Part shown: positions 39,329-48,220 of the stretch, piece by piece | Numbering within the stretch: the stretch's first letter is position 1 | Layout of the letters: each line of letters starts with the position of its first letter | NCBI GenBank assembly: GCA_963749495.1 | Contig: CAVVMW010000001.1 | Coordinates: 480,001-544,000, forward strand | Source of the DNA: an uncultured bacterium | GTDB lineage: Bacteria; Verrucomicrobiota; Verrucomicrobiia; Limisphaerales; UBA8199 | Direction of reading: 5' to 3' | Length of the DNA stretch: 64,000 nt | Made by a program: the position numbers and the translations under genes | The notes under the pieces: generated by a model | Databases searched by the model: none | Seen by the model: only the letters and a program-made list of their open reading frames with translations | Told to the model about the DNA's origin: nothing

Positions 39329-40768
39329 ATGATCCCCTCTTTCCCCCTGACCAAGAAACGCAAGCGGCTCTCCTCAGTGCTCGGGCTGACGCTGGATGGG
39401 AGCCGGCTGGAGGGCCTGGTCGTGCAGCGCGGCCTGGGCGGCTTGCAGGTGCGGCAGACCTTCTCGGTCTCCCTCTCGTTGGACCCGCTGACCAATGCGC
39501 CGGAGCTGGTCGGGCGCGAGATTCGCAACCATCTGGAGGCGGCCGGGGTGCGCGAGCACCAGTGCGTGGTGGGCCTGCCGCTCAAGTGGGCGCTGGCCAC
39601 GCACGTCGAGGTGCCTGACCTGCCGGAGGGGGACGTAGCCAGCTTCCTGAACATCGAGGCGGAGCGGGGTTTTCCGTGCAACGTGCAGTCGCTGCACGTG
39701 GTGAGCTGCCGCTGCCGGCCGCCCGGCGGCAAACAGCAGGCCCTGCTGGTCGGCATCCCCAGGAACCACGTGGCCCTCCTGGAACAAGCCCTGCGCGCGG
39801 CCCGGCTCAGGCCGGCCAGCTTCTCGCTGGGCATCACCGCCCTGCAACCGGCCGGCCCCGTGGCCGCCGCCGGCGAACTGGCCCTGGCTGTCGGCGAGAG
39901 CCACGTGGCCTTGCAGGTCACCTGCGCCGGGGGCGTGGCCGCCCTGCGCGCCCTCGAGGGCGCCATGGAGATGCAGGGCGCCCAGCACGTGCTCCATGCG
40001 GACGTCGTCGCCCGCGAGGCCCGCATCACCCTGGGCCAGCTCCCGCCCGACATCCGCCAGGCCGTCCGCCGCGTCCGCATCTTCGGCCCGCGCGACCTGG
40101 CCCAGCAACTGGCCGATGAGATGGAATTGCGCTTCGAACCCATGGGCCTGGAAATCGAATCGGTGACCCGTTTCGATGCCAGCCGGTTCGGCATCCAGGT
40201 CCCGGCCGACGCGCCCGTTTCCCCCGCCTTCGCCCTGGCCGCCGCCCTGCTGGCCGGAGAGGCCACGCCCTTCGAGTTTCTCCCGCCCCGCGTCAGTCCC
40301 TTGCGGCAGATGGCTGCCCGTTGCGCCTCGGGCAAGGCCCGCACCACCGCCGCCGTCGCCGGTTCGGTCGCCCTGCTCGCCGGCGCCCTGTTCTTCTACC
40401 AGCAATGGCGGATGTGGGGCCTGGAGGCCCAGTGGAAGAACATGTCCGTCAAGTGTACCGAACTTCAGGCCATCCAGGCCAATATCAACCAATACCGCGC
40501 CTGGTACGACGAGTCGGTCAAGGGCCTGACCATCCTGCGCACCCTGAGCCAGAAATTCCCTGAAGACGGCTCCGTCACCGCCAAGACGGTCAATATCACC
40601 GAACTCAAGAACATCTCCTGCAGCGGCGTGGCAAAGAACTACCCCGCCCTCCTCCAGACCCTGGCGCGCCTGCGCGCCCTCAAGGAGGTCCGCGATGTGA
40701 AGCTGGTCTGGACGCGCGGCCAGGCCCCCGCCATGACGTTCGATTTCAGTTTCACCTGGAACCAGTGA
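39329..40768 (+). CDS. GspL-like (PilM/PilN-type) assembly protein
   Basis: SSVLGLTLDG actin-like start, FEFLPP, single TM, C-terminal periplasmic domain; operon position. Confidence 0.7.
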   Translation: MIPSFPLTKKRKRLSSVLGLTLDGSRLEGLVVQRGLGGLQVRQTFSVSLSLDPLTNAPELVGREIRNHLEAAGVREHQCVVGLPLKWALATHVEVPDLPEGDVASFLNIEAERGFPCNVQSLHVVSCRCRPPGGKQQALLVGIPRNHVALLEQALRAARLRPASFSLGITALQPAGPVAAAGELALAVGESHVALQVTCAGGVAALRALEGAMEMQGAQHVLHADVVAREARITLGQLPPDIRQAVRRVRIFGPRDLAQQLADEMELRFEPMGLEIESVTRFDASRFGIQVPADAPVSPAFALAAALLAGEATPFEFLPPRVSPLRQMAARCASGKARTTAAVAGSVALLAGALFFYQQWRMWGLEAQWKNMSVKCTELQAIQANINQYRAWYDESVKGLTILRTLSQKFPEDGSVTAKTVNITELKNISCSGVAKNYPALLQTLARLRALKEVRDVKLVWTRGQAPAMTFDFSFTWNQ

Positions 40769-40775
40769 GGCAACC

Positions 40776-41312
40776 GTGCAAATCAAAAACCGACAGCAGC
40801 TCCTCATCGTCCTGACCCTCGGCGTCGTCGCCTTGTTTGCCGCCGACAAGATCCTCCTCAGCCCGCTGCTCAAGGTCTGGGACGCGCGCGGGAAAAGGAT
40901 TGCGCAACTGCGCACACAAGTGGACCAGGGCAAGCTCCTCCTGGTCCGCGAGCGGGGCCTCCGCGATCACTGGCGCCAGATCTCCTCGGGGTCCCTCACC
41001 AACGATCCCTCCGCCGCCATCGAGCAGGTCCACCAGGCCATCAATCAATGGGCCCAGGACAGCGGCGTGAGCCTGGTCGGCATCAACCCCCAATGGAAAA
41101 CCGAGACCGACAATTACTCGACTTACGAGTGCCACATCAATGCCTCCGGCGACCTGGCCCGCTTGACCCGCTTCCTCTACGGCGCCGAACGAGAACCCAT
41201 CGCCTTGAGGTTCCAGTCCATCAGCCTCGCCGCCCGCGACAAGGAAGGCAAACAACTCTCCCTGGGCCTCCAGGTCAGCGCCCTCATCCTCACACCACCA
41301 ACCAGCCGATGA
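40776..41312 (+). CDS. GspM/PilO-like protein
   Basis: N-terminal TM, coiled coil, INASGDLARLTRFLY..E. Confidence 0.7.
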   Translation: MQIKNRQQLLIVLTLGVVALFAADKILLSPLLKVWDARGKRIAQLRTQVDQGKLLLVRERGLRDHWRQISSGSLTNDPSAAIEQVHQAINQWAQDSGVSLVGINPQWKTETDNYSTYECHINASGDLARLTRFLYGAEREPIALRFQSISLAARDKEGKQLSLGLQVSALILTPPTSR

Positions 41313-42568
41313 AACCGATACTTTCGCAGGATTCCAGGGCCGCACGTCACCGCGTAGCGCTGCTCGATGGCCGTCCGGTTCCACAGCAGTTCAGGGTCGC
41401 ACCTCACCGCGTAGCGGTGGCTGAAGGTAGCCGTGGACTTTCAGTCCACGGATCCTCGGTCCTGGGCCGGCAGCGTCGCGTAGCGACGCCTGAAAACAGG
41501 CCTCGGTCTCGCAGCGCCCAGCTCTCAAGCGTCGCTACGCGACGCGGGGCCCTGCGGCCGCCCGAAACCGTGGACTGGAAGTCCACGGCTACCTTGAGGG
41601 CGTCGCTACGCAACGCAATCTGGGCGGCGGATTGTGAGCAGGGGACACTCTCCACGCGCCATGCTCGACGCTTGGGTTGCGGTTTGGCCTCGCTCCTCCT
41701 CTTTCTTTGCCTCCTGGCGGCCTCCCCCGCCATTGCCCAGCAGGACGAGCCGGCGGCCCCGACGACCCTGCCCCCGGCGACCGAACTGCCCGTGCAGGGG
41801 GTCACCAACGGGCTGCCTGAGACCGAGCCGATTGGACAGACCAACGACCTGAGCGGCGTCGAGGAGGCGCTCGGGGCCGCCGCCGCCGCCCAAACCGAGG
41901 CCGCTGACTCTGCTCAAAGCGATGGCCAGACGGCGGCCGGCGATGCGGGCCAAGGCAAGAACCGCCGGGGCGGCAACCGCGCCTTAGACGGCCGGCAAGC
42001 CCGCAAAAATCGTTTCGCCCGCGAGCAAGGCCGCAGCCGCTCCTCTTCGGGTTCCGGTTCGCGGTCGGCCTCGGCCGCCAACGGCACCAACAGCCTGGAC
42101 TACGCCGCCTTCAGAATCATTGCCGAGCTCAACATCTTCGACCCCAATCGCCAGCCCAGGCTGCGACCGCGCGAGCCGCAGGCCCCCCCCACCGAGTATT
42201 TCGCCCTGGTGGGCACAATGACCTACGACAAGGGCACCTTCGCTTTCTTCAGCGGCAGCAACTCCCGATACGAGAAGGCCCTCAAGCTGGCTGATTCCAT
42301 CGCCGGCTTCAAGCTCGCCCACATTACGCCGGATGCCGTCAGGCTGGCCGCCGGCACCAACCAGGTCGAGCTGCACATGGGCATGATCATGCGCCGCGAA
42401 CAGGCCGGGCCCTGGCACCCGTCGGCCGTGCCTTCCGATTCCCTGCCCAGCCTCTCTGCCGCCTCAACTTCCAGTGCAGAATCCACGGCCAGCACCGGCG
42501 CCGCCCCCAGCGGCGCCGAGGCCGAAATCCTTAAACGCATGATGCAGCGACACGAACGCGGCGAATAA
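41309..42568 (+). CDS. GspC-like exported protein with REP-derived leader
   Basis: ATGA-coupled start, h-region LASLLLFLCLLAASPAIA, NIFDPNR, FALVGTM...AFF, IAGFKL..I....VRL. Confidence 0.6.
   Translation: MKPILSQDSRAARHRVALLDGRPVPQQFRVAPHRVAVAEGSRGLSVHGSSVLGRQRRVATPENRPRSRSAQLSSVATRRGALRPPETVDWKSTATLRASLRNAIWAADCEQGTLSTRHARRLGCGLASLLLFLCLLAASPAIAQQDEPAAPTTLPPATELPVQGVTNGLPETEPIGQTNDLSGVEEALGAAAAAQTEAADSAQSDGQTAAGDAGQGKNRRGGNRALDGRQARKNRFAREQGRSRSSSGSGSRSASAANGTNSLDYAAFRIIAELNIFDPNRQPRLRPREPQAPPTEYFALVGTMTYDKGTFAFFSGSNSRYEKALKLADSIAGFKLAHITPDAVRLAAGTNQVELHMGMIMRREQAGPWHPSAVPSDSLPSLSAASTSSAESTASTGAAPSGAEAEILKRMMQRHERGE
41405..41615. repeat. REP family E inside the 5' coding region of the GspC-like gene
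   Basis: Same arms as 35603-35855; open in the gene frame. Confidence 0.85.
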
Positions 42569-42573
42569 CTCCT

Positions 42574-44237
42574 ATGAAAACCAATCATCCATTGCTCCTG
42601 TTGGCCGGTGTGACCACCGGGCTTGCCCTCATGGCCGCCGAAGCGCCGCCCGGCGCTCCCACCAACGCCCCCCCGGCGGCTGTGCCGGAAGTGGCGCCGG
42701 CCGCCACAAACGCCAACGCCGCTGCGGACGCGGCCCCGACTGAGGCGCCAAGCCCCGCCGCGGCTGCTGCCATTGCCCCGGCCCTGGCCGACACCAATGC
42801 CCCCGCCGCAGCCGCCACCAACGCCGAGCCAACCATTACTGTCGAAAACGGCGCCGGGGGCCTCCGCTTCAACTTCCACGGCGCTCCCTTGAACCTGGTC
42901 CTCGAATACATGAGCGACGCGGCCGGGTTCATCATCAACAAACAAACCGAGTCCTTGCGCGGCACGGTCGAGGTCTGGAGCAAGAAACCGGTCACCAAAG
43001 ACGAGGCCGTCGAGTTGCTCAACTCGGTTCTCAGGAAGAACGGCTACGCCGTGGCCCGCAACGATCGCATCCTCACCATCTTCGACATCAATGGGGCGAA
43101 GACCAGCTGGAGCTGGGCGTCAGGATGGTCTCCAAGCCCGATGAGGTCACGACCGATGACGTGGGCACCTGGGTGGTTCCCGTGCATTTCGTGAGCGCCA
43201 GCCAGATGATGGCCAACCTGCGCGTGTTGCTGCCGCTGAGCGACAAACTCATCGTCAACGAGAGCGCCAACTCAATCATGATCGTCGCCCCGGGCCGCGA
43301 CGTGCGCCGCATGCTCAAGATTGTCAACGCCATCAACAACTCCAGCGCCACCGGTTCCATCCAGGTGTTCAAGCTCCGCTACGCGGACGCCAAACAGATG
43401 GCCACCGAGATCACGGCCCTGTTCACCCAGAGCGGCATCCCCGGGATGCCGGGCGGCATGGGCGGCGGGGGCCGTATGGGGGCGTTTTTGGGGGCGATGA
43501 TGATGCGCGGGGGCGGCGGCATGGGCGGCCAGGGCAGCGGCGGCACTCCCTCGGGCACTCGCGTCTCCGCAACCTCCGACGATTACTCCAACGCCCTCAT
43601 CGTCAACGCCGCGCCGGATGTGCTGGCGATTATCAGCAACATGGTCGACCAGATCAATGTCCCCACCACCGACATCACCGAGGTGCGCATCTTCCAGCTC
43701 AAGCACGCCGACCCCAACGAAATGGCGGACCAGCTTTCCCAGCTCTTCCCGGACACCAGCCGGACGGATACCGGCACCGGCTTCGCCATGCGCTTCGGCC
43801 CGGGCGGTCCTTTCGGCATGCGCGGGGGCGGCAACCAGGCGACCAGCAACGACCGCAACAAGAAGAAGAGCCAGGTCATCGCCGTGCCCGAGCCGCGCAC
43901 CCGCTCGCTCCTGGTCAGCGCCGCCAGCGAGATGATGCCCCATATCGCCGAGATGATCGACAAACTCGATTCCATCGATGCCCGCCACGAGGTGGTCCGG
44001 GTCTTCGAACTGGCCAACGCCGACCCGCAGGATGTCCAGAACATCCTCCAGGACCTCTTCCAGCGGTCCGGAAACATCCGCAGCGCGAATAACAACTCCA
44101 AACAATCGCTGCTGGGCACTGGCAATCCGTTGACCACGCGTTCAACCCAGACCACGGGGATGACCGGCTCCTCAACCGGCTTCGGCTCCAGCACGGGGGG
44201 CCGAAGCGGAGGCATGGGCTCGGGCATGGGCTTCTAG
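42574..44237 (+). CDS. Secretin N-domain-only protein (D1: N0 plus KH-like N repeats, no barrel); frameshift near 43105
   Basis: Signal peptide, LRFNFHGAPL..VLEY (N0), VFKLRYADA, IFQLKHADP, VFELANADP, ends in Gly/Ser tail at TAG. Confidence 0.8.
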
Positions 44238-44291
44238 CCGTCGCCACCCCCGCCTGCCACACCACCGGCTTTAACCTTTCACGATGCAATT

Positions 44292-45503
44292 ATGAACACA
44301 CAATCTTCGAACTGGCACAAATACTTCATTGCGCTGAGTGCTCTGGTCTTGAGCGCGGCGCTCCCCGCGCAGGCGCAACGGGCCGGCGGCGGCGGCGGCG
44401 GCGGCTTCGGCGGCGGCTTCGGCGGCGCCCGCGGCGGCAGCAGCTCCTCCACCAGCCAGTACCCCACCGCCAACAAAATCGGCGATGCCTACTTCTCGAT
44501 CGACCCCGAGTCGCGCCGCGTCGTCACCATCGCCGATGAGGAGACCAGCCTGGCCATCTCTCAGGTCCTCTCGAACCTGGATCGGCCCAAACCCCAAGTC
44601 CTCATCAAGGTCGTGTTCCTGGAGGTCACCCACAACAATGCCAGCGACATCGGCATCGAAGGCGCCTGGGGCAAGGGCATCGGTGGCGGCAACAGCGCCA
44701 GCGCGAACCAAGGATTCGGCCTCACGCCGCTCAGCACGGGCGCCAGCACCAACATTAACCCCTTTGGAGCAGCTATCTCCAGCTTTGCCCCCATCTCGCC
44801 CATGACCTCCGAGGGCGCGGGCCTCTACTCAGTCCTGGGCGCCAACTACACGGCGACACTCCGCGCCATTGCCTCGGCCGGCAACGCCAAGATCCTCTCC
44901 AGACCCTCCATCCTCGCCCGCAACAACCAACCCGCCACCATCACCGTGGGCGAGCAGGTCCCTCTCATCACCGCCGTGAACTACACGACCTTCGGCAATA
45001 CCATCAACTCCATCACCTATGAGTCCGTCGGCGTCATCCTGCAGGTCACACCCTTCATCACCTCCGAAGGTCTGGTCGAAATGATCGTTGCCCCGCAAAT
45101 CTCCTCCATCGATCCGACCCTTTCCATCCCCATCTCCGCCAATGTCAACGCCCCCGTCATCAACGTCCGCTCCGCCAATACCGTCGTCGTCACTCCCAAC
45201 GGCCAAACCGTCATCATCGGCGGTCTGATGGAAAGCACCAAGTCCAAGAACCAGACCAAGATCCCACTCCTGGGCGACATCCCCTTGCTGGGCAGCCTCT
45301 TCAAACACACCCAGATTAACGATGTCAAGACCGAGTTGATCATCTTCCTGACCCCCTATATCGCCCAGAACCCCACCGAGATGGTCGCCATCACCGGTCA
45401 CGAGAAGCAGAGGTCCGACATCGAGAAGTCCTTCACGGAGCAGGAACTCAACAAATTCCTCGAGACCCTTCCGAGCAAGGACAAGGCCGCCCCCCGCCAC
45501 TGA
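44292..45503 (+). CDS. gspD: Secretin barrel-domain protein (D2) with its own signal peptide
   Basis: LDRPKPQVLI, KILSRPSILARNNQPATITVGEQVP, GVILQVTP, GQTVIIGGL, KIPLLGDIPLLGSLFK, ELIIFLTP. Confidence 0.9.
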   Translation: MNTQSSNWHKYFIALSALVLSAALPAQAQRAGGGGGGGFGGGFGGARGGSSSSTSQYPTANKIGDAYFSIDPESRRVVTIADEETSLAISQVLSNLDRPKPQVLIKVVFLEVTHNNASDIGIEGAWGKGIGGGNSASANQGFGLTPLSTGASTNINPFGAAISSFAPISPMTSEGAGLYSVLGANYTATLRAIASAGNAKILSRPSILARNNQPATITVGEQVPLITAVNYTTFGNTINSITYESVGVILQVTPFITSEGLVEMIVAPQISSIDPTLSIPISANVNAPVINVRSANTVVVTPNGQTVIIGGLMESTKSKNQTKIPLLGDIPLLGSLFKHTQINDVKTELIIFLTPYIAQNPTEMVAITGHEKQRSDIEKSFTEQELNKFLETLPSKDKAAPRH

Positions 45504-45532
45504 GGGCGTCCAAAAAACTCGCCGGAATGCAA

Positions 45533-45608
45533 ACTTCGTCGCAGCCTTTGTCGCAACGTTTGTCGGATTGGCCATTTTCCGACAAAGGCCGCGACAAAGG
45601 CTGCGACA
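45533..45608. repeat. REP family C
   Basis: CTTTGTCG...CGACAAAGG inverted tandem units. Confidence 0.8.
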
Positions 45609-45713
45609 GCGATTCGCAGTCGGAGTTCTTCGGACACGCTCTGAGCCTGAAAGTTGCTGACGCCCCGGGCGCAGGATCCGCTAACAATATAGAGGTATGA
45701 GCAGAGCTGTCCC

Positions 45714-47255
45714 ATGGAACTAGCGCGACGCAACCAGTTTGTCTATGCCCTGGTGGCGGCCGTGTGGGCCGTGGTGGGCCTTTGGCAAATCGAGGAGCAC
45801 GTCCGGGTGAAGAACTACGCCAAGGCCAGCGTGCGGGATTGCGCGCAGGAGATCGCCGACACGATGGGCTCGTTCATTCAGGGCCAGCAAATCTGGGGGG
45901 CGGTCTTCAGTGACCGGCTGCAACCGGTGCTGGACCGCATGGCCCGTCTGCGCAACAGCGAAGTGCTCTCGCTGCTGCTGCTCAATGCCGCCGGCGATGT
46001 GGTGGCCAAGGCCGGCAATCCCATCGATCCCATTGATCTCGAGCAGACCGAACTCCTCCGGAAGGGGGAGCACTGGGGCCGCCGCAGCCTGGTCATCGCC
46101 TATCCGATCGCGGGGGTGAGCATCGCGCAGGAGGGTGTCACCAACTCCGCCTCTCCGTTCCTATTGGATCCCCCCACCAACGGCCTGGCCCGCCGACAGC
46201 CCCGCCGCGGCGAACCCAGGCCCGAGCCGCCCGGCTCCTCCAATGCGGTCCAGAGTGCCGATTCCGACGCACCCCCTCCTCCGCCTGACCATCCCCCGGG
46301 TCCGCCTCCGGGCCGCGGCGCACGCGAGCGGGAATTCCGGCGCCCCCGGCCCTGGTGGATGGCGGCCCGCCGGGCCGACCCCGAATTCCAGGCCTATGCC
46401 CAGAAGCGCGAGATGCACGGCCTGGTTCTGGCCATGTCCACCGAGACCTTCCAGGCCGTCTGCCGGCACGATCTGTGGCTGCGCTGCATCATCGATTTCC
46501 TCGCCACGACCTCGGCCGTCGGCTTGGGCCTGGCCTGGCGCAACATCGGCAAGTCCTCCGAACTGCAGATCCGCCTGGTCCGCGCCAGCGAATTGACGAC
46601 CCACCTCCGGGAGATGAACCTGGCCGCCGCCGGCCTGGCCCACGAAACCCGCAATCCCCTCAACATCATCCGCGGCCTGGCCCAGATGCTCTCCAAGACG
46701 CCCGACGCCGCTGCTGAGGTCCAGAAAAAGACCCGCGAGATCATCGACGAGGCCGATAAAGTGGCCGCGCAATTGAACGAGTTCATCAACTACTCCCGCC
46801 CCCGCGAGGTCCGCCGCTCCAAGCTCGCCCTCGGCTCGGTCGTCAACGAGGTCATCCGCACCTTGAGCTTCGACCTCGAGGAAAAAAAGATCGACCTCCA
46901 GGTCGTCGGCGAATCCCTCGGCATCGAGGCCGACGAGCATCTCCTCCGCCAGGCCCTGTTCAATCTCCTGCTCAACGCCATCCAGGCCGTCCAGCCCGGC
47001 GGCCAGATCCGCGTCCAGGCCGCGCGCCGCACGGCCGCCGAGGCCCTGCTCGAAATCCGCGACAACGGTCCCGGCGTCCCCCCCGAGCGCCGCACCGAGA
47101 TCTTCAGGCCCTATTTCACCACCCAAAAAACCGGCACCGGCCTCGGCCTGGCCGTCGTCCAGCAGATCGTCCTGGCCCACGGCTGGGAGATCCAATGCCT
47201 GCCCAACGAACCCAAAGGCGCCCTCTTCCGCATCTCCCACCTCAAGCTGGCGTGA
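45714..47255 (+). CDS. Membrane sensor histidine kinase (NtrB/ZraS-like)
   Basis: Two TM segments, H-box GLAHETRNPL, N-box NLLLNAIQA, DNGPG, YFTT..TGTGLGL. Confidence 0.92.
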   Translation: MELARRNQFVYALVAAVWAVVGLWQIEEHVRVKNYAKASVRDCAQEIADTMGSFIQGQQIWGAVFSDRLQPVLDRMARLRNSEVLSLLLLNAAGDVVAKAGNPIDPIDLEQTELLRKGEHWGRRSLVIAYPIAGVSIAQEGVTNSASPFLLDPPTNGLARRQPRRGEPRPEPPGSSNAVQSADSDAPPPPPDHPPGPPPGRGAREREFRRPRPWWMAARRADPEFQAYAQKREMHGLVLAMSTETFQAVCRHDLWLRCIIDFLATTSAVGLGLAWRNIGKSSELQIRLVRASELTTHLREMNLAAAGLAHETRNPLNIIRGLAQMLSKTPDAAAEVQKKTREIIDEADKVAAQLNEFINYSRPREVRRSKLALGSVVNEVIRTLSFDLEEKKIDLQVVGESLGIEADEHLLRQALFNLLLNAIQAVQPGGQIRVQAARRTAAEALLEIRDNGPGVPPERRTEIFRPYFTTQKTGTGLGLAVVQQIVLAHGWEIQCLPNEPKGALFRISHLKLA

Positions 47256-47348
47256 ACACTGCCCCTACCGGCAGCGGCGGGGCCGCAGTGCCGTCGCCGC
47301 ACCGTTGCGCGGATTGGGTTTGATGCGCCCGCCCGAGGCGCTGCCGCG

Positions 47349-48078
47349 CATCCTGAAAGGATGAAAATCACTCAGCCCAGGGTTGCCCCGCCCTTTCGCA
47401 AGAAAGGGCGGGCTACCCTGGGTCAAGACGCCCGTGAGCCGCTACTCTGAAAGAGTTGCATCCCGCACGCCTTGGAGGCATGCTTCGCTCATGTCCCAGT
47501 CGTTGGCCAAAATCCTCATCCACACGGTGTTTTCAACCAAAGAGCGCCGCCCCCTCCTGCGGGATCGCCCATTACGGGAGGAGTTGCACCGCTACCTCGG
47601 TGGCATTCTTAACCACCTGGATTGCCAACCAGTCATCGTCGGCGGCATCGAAGATCACGTGCATCTGCTGTCCGGCCTCTCCCGCACCTGCCAGGTTGCG
47701 GAAATGGTCAAGGAACTCAAGCGAGGTTCCTCCCTCTGGATCAAGGAGCGAGCTCGGACGATGAGTGGTTTTGCCTGGCAGAACGGGTATGGCGTCCTCT
47801 CCGTCAGCCTGTCCCGAATCGAGGACGTGCGGCATTATATCGCCGAGCAGGAGCAGCGCCATCGCAAGCTCTCGTTCCAGGATGAATTCAGGCAACTGCT
47901 CAAGCTCCATCAAATCGCATACGACGAGCGATATGTGTGGGATTGATGGCGGTTGGGCGCGGCCGCTCAAACCCTTTCAGGGTAAAGGCTCCTCGGCGCA
48001 TAACCCAGGGTAGCCCGCCCTTTCTTGCGAAAGGGCGGGGCAACCCTGGGCTGAGTGATTGCCATCCCTTCGGGATGG
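47349..48078 (+). mobile_element. REPtron-like unit: Y1 transposase inside long inverted REP arms
   Basis: AATCACTCAGCCCAGGGTTGCCCCGCCCTTTCGCAAGAAAGGGCGGGCTACCCTGGGT (~47367-47424) is inverted at ~48003-48060, with flanking hairpins. Confidence 0.8.
47491..47946 (+). CDS. tnpA: IS200/IS605-family HUH tyrosine transposase (REP-associated type)
   Basis: HTVFSTK.R, EDHVHLL (HUH), FAWQNGY, YIAEQ (catalytic Tyr), YDERYVWD. Confidence 0.92.
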   Translation: MSQSLAKILIHTVFSTKERRPLLRDRPLREELHRYLGGILNHLDCQPVIVGGIEDHVHLLSGLSRTCQVAEMVKELKRGSSLWIKERARTMSGFAWQNGYGVLSVSLSRIEDVRHYIAEQEQRHRKLSFQDEFRQLLKLHQIAYDERYVWD

Positions 48079-48220
48079 GCGCTGCCAAGATCCGGGTAAG
48101 GAACCTCGTCTTCTCGCCCACTCGGGGGAGCCAGCGGCGGGACGCGCGCCCGTGCGTCCATTCGCCGTCCGGTTCAAAGAGGTTTGACCTCCCTTCCCGG
48201 AACGCGCATGATGCGGCCCA

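Noticed and set aside
34100..43120. Programmed frameshifting in gspF, gspK and secretin D1
   Set aside because: No slippery heptamer or stimulatory element is evident, and the same one-base defects occur in unrelated genes.
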